From the NCBI GenBank assembly GCA_963734495.1, contig CAVTHK010000011.1, positions 736,001-800,000 of the forward strand: 64,000 bases of DNA. Direction: 5' to 3'. The notes beneath the pieces are model-generated. The model was given only the letters and a program-made list of their open reading frames with translations, made no database searches and had not been told where the DNA came from. Positions within the stretch are counted from its first letter, which is position 1. Every line of letters starts with the position of its first letter. Below are positions 33,365 to 43,176 of the stretch, piece by piece. Source of the DNA: an uncultured Spirochaetota bacterium (GTDB taxonomy: Bacteria; Spirochaetota; Spirochaetia; SZUA-6; CAVTHK01). The position numbers were made by a program, and so were the translations under genes.

Positions 33365-33838
33365 ATGAGATGCCCGTACTGCCTTTTCGAGGAAACGAAG
33401 GTCATCGACTCGCGCGAAAGCTCTGACGCGATCCGCCGGCGGCGCGAATGCCTGCGCTGCGGAAGGCGGTTCACGACGTACGAGCGGGTCGAGCTTACGG
33501 GCATCTCGGTGATCAAGAAGGACGGCCGCCGGGAATCCTTCGACCGGGACAAGATCCTGGCGGGACTGCTCAAGGCGTGCGAGAAGCGGCCCATCGCGCG
33601 GGAGACGATCGAGAGGGTCGCCGACGAGATCAGCCTGGCTCTCATGCATACGGAGAGCAAGGAGGTGCCGAGCTCCGAGATCGGAAGACTGGTCATGGAG
33701 CGGCTCAAGGGCCTGGACAACGTGGCGTACATCCGGTTCGCCAGCGTCTACCGGGCCTTCGAGGACATTGCGTCGTTCGAGGCGGAGCTCGCCGAGCTCA
33801 AGCAGCGGCAGGCACTGGAAGGGGAGGGGAAACAGTGA
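33365..33838 (+). CDS. nrdR: Transcriptional repressor NrdR
   Basis: MRCPYC, RRRREC..C..RFTTYE, ATP-cone, AYIRFASVY. Confidence 0.95.
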   Translation: MRCPYCLFEETKVIDSRESSDAIRRRRECLRCGRRFTTYERVELTGISVIKKDGRRESFDRDKILAGLLKACEKRPIARETIERVADEISLALMHTESKEVPSSEIGRLVMERLKGLDNVAYIRFASVYRAFEDIASFEAELAELKQRQALEGEGKQ

Positions 33839-36036
33839 AGCCGACGTTCGAAAGCATCCGAAAACGCGACGGGCGGGTCGTGCCGTTCGACACCGGGAAG
33901 ATCACCCAGGCGATCTGGGAGGCGGCTCAAGCCGTCGGCGGCAAGGACCGCCGGCGGGCCGAGGCTCTCGCCGGCGAAGTGGTGAGGGCGCTCGGCCGCA
34001 GCTATGAGCCGGGCGGGGTGCCTGGTGTCGAGCACGTCCAGGACGTCGTGGAGAAGGTTCTCATCGAGGGCGGTCACGCGCAGACCGCCAAGGCGTACAT
34101 CCTCTACAGGGAGCAGCACAAGAACCTCCGGGAGGTCAGCCGGCTCCTCCGCGACATCACGATCGTGGACGACTACCTGGACGAGGCCGACTGGAGGGTG
34201 CGCGAGAACTCCAACATGACCTACTCGCTGCAGGGGCTGAACGTCCATATCACGCAGAAGGTGATCGCCAACTACTGGCTCGCCTCCATCTATTCGAAGG
34301 AGGTGCGAGAGGCGCACGAGTCGGGCGCCTTCCACATCCACGACCTGGGCACCCTCGGGCCGTACTGCGTCGGGTGGGACCTGCAGGACCTCCTGCGCGA
34401 GGGCTTCCGCGGGGTCAAGGGCAAGGTGGAGAGCCGCCCGGCCCGCCACTTCGACGTCGCCCTGATGCAGGTGGTCAACTTCCTCTACACGCTCCAGGGC
34501 GAAGCGGCGGGCGCGCAGGCGTTCTCCAGCTTCGACACTCTGCTCGCGCCGTTCGTCGCCAACGACGGCCTCTCCTACGAGGAGGTGCGGCACCTCGTCC
34601 AGAAGTTCCTCTACAACATGAACGTGCCGACCCGGGTCGGCTTCCAGACGCCGTTCACCAACATCACCATGGACCTCGTGCCGCCCGCCAACCTGGCCGG
34701 CGAGGCCGCGATCGTCGGCGGCGAGCTGCGGGACCGCACCTACGGCGAGTTCCAGCGCGAGATGGACATGATCAACCGCGCCTTTGCCGAGACCATGTGC
34801 GCGGGGGACGCGAGCGGCCGGCCGTTCACCTTCCCCATTCCCACCTACAACATCACGCGCGAGTTCCAGTGGGACAACCCGAACCTCGAGCCGTTGTGGG
34901 AGATGACGGCGAAGTACGGGATCCCGTACTTCTCGAACTTCATCAACTCCGATCTCAAGCCGTGCGACGTGCGCAGCATGTGCTGCCGGCTGCGCCTGGA
35001 CAACCGCACCCTCACCAGGAGGGGCGGCGGTCTGTTCGGCGCCAACCCGCTGACCGGCTCCATCGGGGTCGTGACCCTCAACCTTCCGCGCTACGCCTTT
35101 ATGGCGTCCGGGAGCGTCGACGAGTTCCTGCAGATCGTCGGCGCGCACATGGACATCGCGCGCGACAGCCTCAAGGTCAAGAGGAAGGTCCTGGAGAAGT
35201 TCACCGACCGCGGCCTCTACCCCTACAGCATGTTCTACCTGCGCGGGGTCAAGGAGGGGACGGGGGAGTACTGGCGCAACCACTTCTCCACGATCGGGAT
35301 CATCGGGATGAACGACGCGCTGCTGAACCTGATCGGCAAGGACATCGCGACGGACGAGGGCGTCGCTCTCGCCGTGCGCGCGCTCGACTTTATGCGCGAG
35401 CGCCTCGTCGCTTACCAGGAGGAGAGCGGCGAGATCTACAACCTCGAGGCCACGCCCGCCGAGGGCACCAGCTACCGGCTCGCGCGCATCGACGCGGCCC
35501 GCAACCCCGGGATGCTCATCTTCAACAAGACGCTCAACGGTCGCACGCGCGAGACGCCCTACTACACCAACAGCACGCAGCTCCCCGTCGGGCACACGGA
35601 CGACATCTTCGAGGCCCTCAGGCTGCAGGACCCGCTGCAGACGCGATATACCGGCGGGACGGTGCTGCACGGCTTTCTCGGCGAGCGGATGCCCAGTGTC
35701 GCGTCGACCAGGCAGCTCGTGCGCACCATCGCCGAGAACTTCCACCTGCCGTACTACACGCTGACCCCCACCTTCAGCATCTGCCCGAACCACGGTTATG
35801 TAGCCGGGGAGAACCGCGAGTGCCCGACCTGCGGGGAGACCTGCGAGGTCTGGTCGCGCTCGGTCGGGTACCTCCGGCCGGTCGACCAGTGGAACGAGGG
35901 CAAGCAGGAAGAGTTCCGGGACAGGAGGACGTTCGACCGCCAGGTCCGCGAGGCGCGGGCGGCCGAGGAGGCGCAGGCCGGCGCGGCCGCCGGGACCCGG
36001 CGCGACGAGGCCCTTGCCGCGGGCACGCGCGGATAA
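33835..36036 (+). CDS. nrdD: Class III (anaerobic) ribonucleoside-triphosphate reductase with ATP-cone
   Basis: KRDG ATP-cone, SMCCRL, EATPAE, C..H..C..C zinc site, RSVGYL glycyl-radical loop. Confidence 0.93.
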   Translation: MKPTFESIRKRDGRVVPFDTGKITQAIWEAAQAVGGKDRRRAEALAGEVVRALGRSYEPGGVPGVEHVQDVVEKVLIEGGHAQTAKAYILYREQHKNLREVSRLLRDITIVDDYLDEADWRVRENSNMTYSLQGLNVHITQKVIANYWLASIYSKEVREAHESGAFHIHDLGTLGPYCVGWDLQDLLREGFRGVKGKVESRPARHFDVALMQVVNFLYTLQGEAAGAQAFSSFDTLLAPFVANDGLSYEEVRHLVQKFLYNMNVPTRVGFQTPFTNITMDLVPPANLAGEAAIVGGELRDRTYGEFQREMDMINRAFAETMCAGDASGRPFTFPIPTYNITREFQWDNPNLEPLWEMTAKYGIPYFSNFINSDLKPCDVRSMCCRLRLDNRTLTRRGGGLFGANPLTGSIGVVTLNLPRYAFMASGSVDEFLQIVGAHMDIARDSLKVKRKVLEKFTDRGLYPYSMFYLRGVKEGTGEYWRNHFSTIGIIGMNDALLNLIGKDIATDEGVALAVRALDFMRERLVAYQEESGEIYNLEATPAEGTSYRLARIDAARNPGMLIFNKTLNGRTRETPYYTNSTQLPVGHTDDIFEALRLQDPLQTRYTGGTVLHGFLGERMPSVASTRQLVRTIAENFHLPYYTLTPTFSICPNHGYVAGENRECPTCGETCEVWSRSVGYLRPVDQWNEGKQEEFRDRRTFDRQVREARAAEEAQAGAAAGTRRDEALAAGTRG

Positions 36037-36051
36037 GGAGCGCGGCCGGAG

Positions 36052-36795
36052 GTGGTCTTTCGAGGCTGGCAGAAGACGTCGCTGATCGAGTATCCAGGCC
36101 GGGTGGCGACGGTTCTTTTCACGGGCGGCTGCACCCTGCGCTGCCCCTGGTGCTACAACCCGGAGCTGGCTCTCGGGCGGGCCGGCGAAGGGGAGATCGA
36201 GGAGGAGGAAGTACTCGCCCGTCTTTCCGGCAGCCGGAAGCTGTACCAGGCCGTGGTCGTCACGGGAGGGGAGCCCTGCTTGAGCCCCGGCCTCGAAGAC
36301 TTCCTGCGCAGGACCAGGGATCTCGGCCTGCTCGCCGGGCTCGAGACCAACGGCACGCGATCCGGCGTGCTGGCCCGCCTCTTGGAGCAGGGTCTGCTCG
36401 ACTACGTCGCGCTCGACATCAAGGCGCCCCCCGACGCGGCTTCCTACGCCCGCGCCACGGGAGCAGCTTCCGACGGCGTGGTCGAGCAGGTCTCCGCCTC
36501 GTTATCGTTGCTCATCGCCGCCGCCGTCGAGGCCGAGCTGCGCACGACCGTCGTGCCCGGGTTGCACGGACGGGAGGAGCTGCTCGCGATCGCGGCGTGG
36601 CTCTCGGCAGCCGGCTGGCCCGTCGGGGGCGCGGCACGCGCCGCCGGCGCGCCGCGCCGCCGCTGGGTGCTGCAGCCGTTCGTGCCGGGACGGACGCTCG
36701 ACCCGAAGCTCGCCGCCGCGGCCCCCTGTCCGCGGGAGCTGCTGGAGGAGGTGGCGGCCGAGGTCGGGCCCGGCGTTGAGCTGCGGGGGGTCTGA
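36052..36795 (+). CDS. nrdG: Anaerobic RNR activating radical-SAM enzyme
   Basis: CTLRCPWCYN, TGGEP, ETNG. Confidence 0.88.
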   Translation: MVFRGWQKTSLIEYPGRVATVLFTGGCTLRCPWCYNPELALGRAGEGEIEEEEVLARLSGSRKLYQAVVVTGGEPCLSPGLEDFLRRTRDLGLLAGLETNGTRSGVLARLLEQGLLDYVALDIKAPPDAASYARATGAASDGVVEQVSASLSLLIAAAVEAELRTTVVPGLHGREELLAIAAWLSAAGWPVGGAARAAGAPRRRWVLQPFVPGRTLDPKLAAAAPCPRELLEEVAAEVGPGVELRGV

Positions 36796-37382
36796 TGGCT
36801 GTTCGCAAGGAGCGCGTCCGCTGTGCCTGGGTCGGCAGCGACCCGCTCATGATCGCCTACCACGACAACGAATGGGGCCTGCCCCTGCACGACGACCGCC
36901 TTCTTTTCGAGTTCCTGATCCTCGACGGCGCGCAGGCCGGCCTCTCCTGGAGCACCATCCTGCGCAAGCGCGAGGCGTACCGCCGCGCGTTCGACGGCTT
37001 CGACCCCGAGCGCGTGGCCCGCTACCGCGAGGCGCGGGTCGCGCGCCTGCTCGCGGACGCCGGGATCGTGCGCAACCGCCTCAAGATCGAATCGGCGATC
37101 AGGAACGCGCGCGCCTTTCTCGCCGTGCGCGAGGAGCTCGGGAGCTTCGACCGCTACCTGTGGGGCTTCGTCGGCGGCAAGCCGGTGCAGAACCGCTTCG
37201 GGAAGATCGGGCAGATCCCCGCAACGAGCCCGCTCTCGGACCTCGTCTCGAAGGACCTCAAGAAGCGCGGGTTCACCTTCGTGGGCAGCACCATCGTCTA
37301 TGCGTTCATGCAGGCCGCCGGCCTCGTCAACGACCACCTGGTCGGCTGCTTCCGTCACGCCCAGGTCGCGAAGATGCGCTGA
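36795..37382 (+). CDS. tag: DNA-3-methyladenine glycosylase I
   Basis: RCAW, YHDNEWG, QAGLSW, IVRNRLKI, NDHLVGC. Confidence 0.93.
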   Translation: MAVRKERVRCAWVGSDPLMIAYHDNEWGLPLHDDRLLFEFLILDGAQAGLSWSTILRKREAYRRAFDGFDPERVARYREARVARLLADAGIVRNRLKIESAIRNARAFLAVREELGSFDRYLWGFVGGKPVQNRFGKIGQIPATSPLSDLVSKDLKKRGFTFVGSTIVYAFMQAAGLVNDHLVGCFRHAQVAKMR

Positions 37383-37403
37383 CAGGAGGCGGCACCCGGG
37401 AGG

Positions 37404-39072
37404 CTACACGACCCGGCGCGCCTTGAGCGTCGCGAGCAGTTTTTCGAAGCTGATGCCGTGGCGGTCCGCGATGTCCTTGGCGAAGCTGCGCCCGGCCGGG
37501 GGCCCGGGCTCGATGTGGTAGGTGCGCCGCGCCTCGCCGTTCGTGGATCCGGGCGGGGTGGACTCGGCCCCTGCGACGACGCTCACGATCGCGCACGCGC
37601 CGCCGCTCTCGCGGTTGATCTCGTCCGCCTTGGCCGCGAGCTCGTGCAGGTGCGTGGCAAAGACGGCCCGGCACCCGACCAGCCTGAAGGCGCGCAGGAT
37701 GTCCTCCGCCAGGTACAGGCTCTCGCCGGGGCTCGTGCTCGAGAGCGACTCGTTGAGCAGCACCAGGCTGTGCCGCGTGACCGTCGAGAAGATGGCGGCG
37801 ATGCGCGCCGCTTCTTCGCCGAGGCGGCCGGTCTCGAGGTCGCCGTGCTCCTCGCGCGGGAAATGCGTGACGATCTGGTCGACCGGGCTGATGACCGCGG
37901 CCTCCGCGGGCACGGGGAGGCCCGCCTGCGCGAGCGCCTGCGTGATCCCGATGCCCTGCGTGTACGTCGTCTTGCCGCCGCGGTTCGGCCCCGTCAGTAC
38001 GAAGATGCCGGCGTCCTCATCCAGCTTCACGTCGTTGAGCACGACGCGCGACGAGAGGTCCTGGCCCGGGCTCGCCGCGCGGAAGCGGAGGGCCATGGCG
38101 AGATTGTAGTAGCCCTTGGCCCGCAACACCCGCTCCGCGGTCGGGCGCAGCTCGGGCCGCGTCAGAGGCAGCCCCGCGCCGCGGACCAGCACCCCGAGCC
38201 TGTGGCCGCCGAGGTAGAAGCCCACTTCGGGGGCCACGGCCGCGAGAAAGCCCGTGTTGAGGCGGACGTACTTCTCGACGGCGCGCACGATCGGCCGCGA
38301 GACCGACTGCAGCAGGCCGTCGAGGTCCTGGAAGAGGGGAGCCAGGGGAAGGGCGACCTGCGGCAGGGCGGCCGGTCCGCGCGGTCCGGCGTTGGCGTGC
38401 ATGGGGCCGATGCCCTTGAGGCTCTCCTCGCCGCCGCGGCGCATGAGGCGCGCGAGCAGCGAGCGCTCGCCGATGCGCCGCTCGTTGATCGACAGCAGCG
38501 CCGCTTCCACCGGCCTGAGGCGCTCGTCGAGGTTGATGCCGATCGTCACGCTCGAGCGCCGCTTGATGGCGGCGCTGAGGCGGGGAAGCTCCTGCCGCAG
38601 GTTCTCGAACAGCGGGTCCTCGCGCCGCTCCTCGACGAGCCGCGACAGGGCGCGCAGGCCGGCCGATCGCACCCGGCCCGAGAGCAGCCCGGGACAGGGA
38701 GGCGATGCACTCGACGTACAGCTCCAGCTCGCCCAGCCGCCAGAGCATCTGGCGCAGCGCCGAGGTCTCGCTCCTCCTCGTCTCGGCGTAGAAGACCAGC
38801 TCCGCGATGCGCGGGACGAAGGCGGTGAGCTCCGCGGCCAGGTCGGGGGACTCGTCGAAATCGGCGAGGATGTCCTGGCGGTAGGCGATGGCCGCGGGGT
38901 CATGGCACGGCCGCTGGATCATCCCGAGGATCTGCCCGCGCGACACGTCGCTGCCCGCCATCGCGTCCGCGATCCTGTCGAGGAGCAGGTCCTCCGCGAT
39001 CTGGCTGCTCATCGCGCCGGAGGCGGCTTCGGGGTCGAGGCCGGCCGGCCACAGCAGGCTGAAAGATTCCAT
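37404..39072 (-). CDS. MutS domain V (ATPase)-containing MutS-related protein (frameshift near 38690)
   Basis: TGPNRGGKT, LLNES..ST, FATHLHEL, GRSFA; no mismatch-binding domain seen. Confidence 0.8.
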
Positions 39073-39385
39073 CGCCAGGAGCGAGTATACGAACCGCCTT
39101 CGCCGCGTGTCAAAACGCCCGGATATGGCGGCTGTCGCGGGCCCGGCGAGCCGCCGCCGGCCCCCCGAGCCCGGGCCGCCCGCCATCCCGGGACGTCGAG
39201 AAACCGCGCAAGTGCGTTGACGGGCTCCGGGGTGCGTGTTACTTTGCAGGGAAACGTGCGGGAACCGTGCGCGCAGGAACAGGGACAACAGCCGACGCGC
39301 TTCGGGCACGGCTTGCGCATGTGGTGAGAGCCGTGTGCGGCCGCCGGAGCGCGGCCCGGCCGCGACTCGCGCCCAGGAGGGACCA

Positions 39386-40094
39386 GTGGTAAGAATCGTG
39401 ACCGGAGTGACGGCCGTGCTCCTCGCGCTCGCGCTCGCCGCGTGCGCGTCGAAGCCCGCACCCGTCGAACAGCCGGCGCCCGCGCCCCAGCCGGCCCCCG
39501 CGGTGCAGCCCGCTCCGCAGCCGGCCCCCGCGCCCGCGGCCGCACCGGCCGTGGCGGCCCCCGACAAGGAGCTGGCGGGAGCGAGGATCCTTCGGGACCG
39601 GGTCGTCCGCTTCAAGCTCGACCAGCAGTATCCGCAGGATTTTGCGGCCGCCGACGCCAAGCTCATAGAGGGCCAGGCGCAGATGAACAAGGACAACGCG
39701 GCGGCCAAGGCGTCGATCGACGCCGCTTCGGCCGGCTACGGCAAGATCCTGCAAGGACGGCCTCACTCCGATCGCCCGCAAGAACCGCCAGGACGTCGAG
39801 ACGGTCCGGGCGAACGCCACGGGGATCAAGGCGCAGGTGGCCGTGGCCGACGACTACGCGGCGGCCGAAGCGGTCTACCAGAAGGCGCTGGCCAGCGACA
39901 ACACGGGCGACCTGGAGGCGGCCATCGACGGGTACTCGCAGGCGCGCGATCAGTTCGTCAAGGTCTACGACTCCGCCAAGGCCAAGAAGGACCGGGCGGA
40001 GCGCTCGCTACAGGAAGCGCGCAAGGACCTCTCGGACGCCGAGGCGCAAGCCAAGGCGGCGGAGGACGCTGCGAAGGCGGAGGGCATACGATGA
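39386..40094 (+). CDS. Helical lipoprotein, TmpA-like (frameshift near 39760)
   Basis: AGGAGG RBS, lipobox LAAC, Pro/Ala linker, coiled-coil; ATGA-coupled to tmpB-like gene. Confidence 0.65.
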
Positions 40095-40525
40095 AGGCAA
40101 CTGCGATCCTTTCGCTCCTCCTGCTCGCCGTCGTGACCGCGGGCGCCCAGGACCTGCTGCGGTCGAACCCCAACTACGTCAAGGCGCGGGAGATGCAGCT
40201 GCAGGCCGACCAGGCCTACAACCGCGGCGACTACGACAAAGCCGCGCAGCTTGCCGACGACTCGCGCAAGCTGCTCGCACAGGCGGAGAACGAGACCACG
40301 GCGCGCATCCAGCAGCTTCGCGCCAACGGGTGGAAGAACCGCGCCGCGGACCGCATCGCCTACGCCAAGGGCATCAAGGCCGACGTCTCCTACCCGGAGC
40401 AGTGGGCCAAGGCGAACGCGCTCTACGACACCGCGCAGAAGGCGTACGACGCCAAGGACTACGACGCGAGCATAGCCGCCTCGCAGGCGTCGTACTCCGC
40501 GCTCGACGGGATAAGGCCGAAGTAG
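40091..40525 (+). CDS. Secreted protein resembling the N-terminal domain of treponemal TmpB
   Basis: Signal peptide; Y..GDYD.A, A..R.AYAK....D..YP..W, AYD.KDYD patterns recalled from TmpB. Confidence 0.6.
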   Translation: MKATAILSLLLLAVVTAGAQDLLRSNPNYVKAREMQLQADQAYNRGDYDKAAQLADDSRKLLAQAENETTARIQQLRANGWKNRAADRIAYAKGIKADVSYPEQWAKANALYDTAQKAYDAKDYDASIAASQASYSALDGIRPK

Positions 40526-40552
40526 GGTCCGCTTGGAGTTGAGAACCGGCTC

Positions 40553-40650
40553 GCCCAGCTAACGCTGGGCGCCGGCTAGCGCTGGGCGAGCCCGGCTAGC
40601 GCTGGGCAAGCCCGGCTAGCGCTGGGCAAGCCCAGCTATCGCTGGGCAAG
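40553..40650. repeat. Tandem array of five ~20-bp palindromic units
   Basis: GCCCRGC-TAnC-GCTGGGC-AA units repeated. Confidence 0.9.
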
Positions 40651-42177
40651 CGCCAGCATCGTTTCCCCCACCCAGCGCACGAGCTGCTCCATCCTGCGGT
40701 AGGCGAGCTTGCCGGCTTCGTCCGTAACCTCGTGGTAGTCCTCGTGCTCGCCCGTGAAGAACGAAAGGAACGGGACGCCCGCTTCCGTGAACGGGCCGTA
40801 GTCGCTGTTGGCCGGGCTCGGCCCCGCGCCCGACCAGGTCCACTTGAGGTCGAGCGCCTCGGCCGTCGTCTCGAGCCCGGTCCGCACACGCTCGTCCACG
40901 CCCTTGCCGAACACGCGGACCGGCTGATCGGGATTGCGGCCGATCATGTCGAGGTTGATCATGAAGCGCAGGCGGTCGCGGGGGACGAGCCCGCGGGCGA
41001 AGAGCGCTTCGGAGCCGAACAGCCCTTCCTCCTCCCCCGTGAACGTCATGAAGACCATGCTGCGGGCGGGCCGGGGATGAACGGCGGCGAAGTACTGCGC
41101 CAGCTCGAGCACCCCCGAGGTGCCGGAGGCATTGTCGTCCGCCCCGTTGTAGATCCCGTCGCCCGGGGCGTTCGGGATCGCGCCGAGGTGATCGTGATGA
41201 GCGCCGACCACGATCCACTCGTCGGCGAGCTTCGGGTCGCTGCCGCGCAGGTACCCCGCGACGTCGCGCGCGGGCACCTCCTGCGCGGCCGCCGCCGCGG
41301 CGCCGACTCCCAGCGACGCGCTGAGGCCGCGCAGATCGACGTCGCGCGGCTTCGCGCCTCCGTCGACCGCGGCCTGCACCGACTCCGGCGTGTAGCCCGA
41401 GGGCTGCAGCAGCTTCGCCGCGAGCTCCCGCGAGATCTGCGCGGACAGCAGCGCGACGGTCTCGGCGCCTCCCGAAGGCTTCCAGGCCGGGTCCAGGCTC
41501 AGCGCGCCGTCGACGCGCAGGTCGTCGCTGCCTGACGGGTGAAAGGCGGGATCGGTGAACAACACCATCCCCGCGGCCCCGTGCGCCAGCGCGTTGCGCG
41601 CCTTGGTCACGAAGAACGCGTGCCTGGTGAAGTCCTTGTCAGCCCACCGGCTCGCCCCGCCGTCGGTGACGGGCTCGTGGCGGAGGACGAGGACGATCTT
41701 TCCCGACACGTCGAGACCGGCGTAATCGTCCCACCCGTGCTCCGGTGCGGTGATGCCGTAGCCTGCGAACACGACCGGCGCCCGTACGCTTCCCATCCTC
41801 GAGAACCAGAACGGGCGGAAGCTCGCGCCGAGAACCGCGGGGATCTCATCGCCGCCGCGGGAAAAGGCGAGCCTGGTCTCGGCAGGGTCGTAGGTGTGCC
41901 TGTACAGGGTGAAGTCCAGAAAGAAGTCTTTCCGCCCGGGCAGCGGCTGGAGCCGGTCGCGGGCGAACTGCGAGGCGATAAAGCGCTCCGCCTGCGCCTC
42001 CCCGGGCTGACCCGTCTCGCGGCCGGCGAGCGCGTCCGAGGCGAGGTACGTCACGTCGGCGCGCAAGTCGGCCGCGGTGATCGCGGCCCCCCGATCGCAG
42101 GCGCCGAGCAGCGCCACAAGCGGGATCGCCGCGAGCGACGCGAGCCCGAGGCGCGGCGTGACCCGTCTTTCCCTCAC
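40636..42177 (-). CDS. M28 family aminopeptidase with PA domain (lipoprotein)
   Basis: LGAC lipobox, LASD...GR, VFAGYG, GAHHDH, NGADDNASG, GEEEGL, SDY, DYH. Confidence 0.88.
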   Translation of the reverse strand: MRERRVTPRLGLASLAAIPLVALLGACDRGAAITAADLRADVTYLASDALAGRETGQPGEAQAERFIASQFARDRLQPLPGRKDFFLDFTLYRHTYDPAETRLAFSRGGDEIPAVLGASFRPFWFSRMGSVRAPVVFAGYGITAPEHGWDDYAGLDVSGKIVLVLRHEPVTDGGASRWADKDFTRHAFFVTKARNALAHGAAGMVLFTDPAFHPSGSDDLRVDGALSLDPAWKPSGGAETVALLSAQISRELAAKLLQPSGYTPESVQAAVDGGAKPRDVDLRGLSASLGVGAAAAAAQEVPARDVAGYLRGSDPKLADEWIVVGAHHDHLGAIPNAPGDGIYNGADDNASGTSGVLELAQYFAAVHPRPARSMVFMTFTGEEEGLFGSEALFARGLVPRDRLRFMINLDMIGRNPDQPVRVFGKGVDERVRTGLETTAEALDLKWTWSGAGPSPANSDYGPFTEAGVPFLSFFTGEHEDYHEVTDEAGKLAYRRMEQLVRWVGETMLALAQR

Positions 42178-42218
42178 GGCGCAAAGATACCCCGCGCGGC
42201 CCGGGACTGCACAGTCAT

Positions 42219-42279
42219 GCCCGGCTAAAGTCGGGCAAGCCCGGCTAACGTCGGGCAGGCCCACCTAACGGTGGGCAAG
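42219..42279. repeat. Tandem array of three 20-bp palindromic units (same family as 40553..40650)
   Basis: GCCCGGC-TAAM-GTCGGGC twice, then GCCCACC-TAAC-GGTGGGC. Confidence 0.85.
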
Positions 42280-43176
42280 TACGTCGAGCTGGTGCACGAT
42301 GAGCCCGAGCCGCGCGGCCCGGAGGTCGGCGAGGCGTGACTGCAGCCACGCGTCGAGCGAAGCGCCCGCCAGCCCCTGCCGGCCGCCCTCCGCGTGCACG
42401 GTCTCGAGGATCGCCTGCAGGAAGACCGCTTCAGAGCCGCGGTAGCGGCCGCCGAACGGGTAGAGGCTCCAGTCGGAGGCGCCGCACCCGGCGACTTCGA
42501 AGCCGCACGTCGGAAGCGCGGCGAGCAGGCGGGTCCCGGCGCGGCTTCCCCCCGTCGCGGCGCCTCCCACGCGCCGCTCGTCCATCGAGCGGTCGTAGGC
42601 CGCCAGCAGCCCTTCCTCGAACCCGCCTTCGGCCTGCGGGGGAAGGAGCGTCGTCCTGCCGTCGTAAGTGATGGTCGCGTAGAGCAGCCCCGCGGGCGCG
42701 AGGAGCCCGCGTAACCGATCGAGCGTCTCCCGCAGCGGCACGATGTCGAGAAAGGCGTGAGCCATGACCGCGTCGAAAGGCTCGGTGCCGAAACGCCTGG
42801 AATCGAAAGGATCCTGCAGGATGTCGCCCGCCGCGAACCGCACGAGCATCGAGTGCCCGAGGCCGCTCACCACCGCTCCGTCCCGACTCCTTTCGAACGC
42901 GAGCCCTCGGGCCCGCGCCTCCTGCTCGAGCAGCTCCCCGGCGACGCTCAGGCTCACGGGATCGCGGTCGAAGGCGGTGAGGTCGACGTCGCGGGGCAGC
43001 TCCTCGTTCGCCAGCTTCCGGACCATGGCGCCCGTGCCGCTTCCCACATCGAGGATGCGCAGGGGCGAGGAGGCTCGCGCGCGCAGGGCCCCGAGGAAGG
43101 CGTCGTAGACTTCGCGGTTGCGGCTGCGCGCGTCGAGCGCGATCTTCGCCTCGAGATAGACCTGAAACCCGATCAT
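42265..43176 (-). CDS. Class I SAM-dependent methyltransferase
   Basis: YLEAK..LD.RS, LDVGSGTG, AHAFLD, ITYDG.T, HQLD. Confidence 0.8.
   Translation of the reverse strand: MIGFQVYLEAKIALDARSRNREVYDAFLGALRARASSPLRILDVGSGTGAMVRKLANEELPRDVDLTAFDRDPVSLSVAGELLEQEARARGLAFERSRDGAVVSGLGHSMLVRFAAGDILQDPFDSRRFGTEPFDAVMAHAFLDIVPLRETLDRLRGLLAPAGLLYATITYDGRTTLLPPQAEGGFEEGLLAAYDRSMDERRVGGAATGGSRAGTRLLAALPTCGFEVAGCGASDWSLYPFGGRYRGSEAVFLQAILETVHAEGGRQGLAGASLDAWLQSRLADLRAARLGLIVHQLDVLAHR

Noticed and set aside
39467-39560. Short repeats in the lipoprotein gene
   Set aside because: Ordinary low-complexity Pro/Ala/Gln linker after a lipobox
40553-40650. Possible CRISPR array
   Set aside because: Units are contiguous 20-mers with no unique spacers, and there are no cas genes in the window
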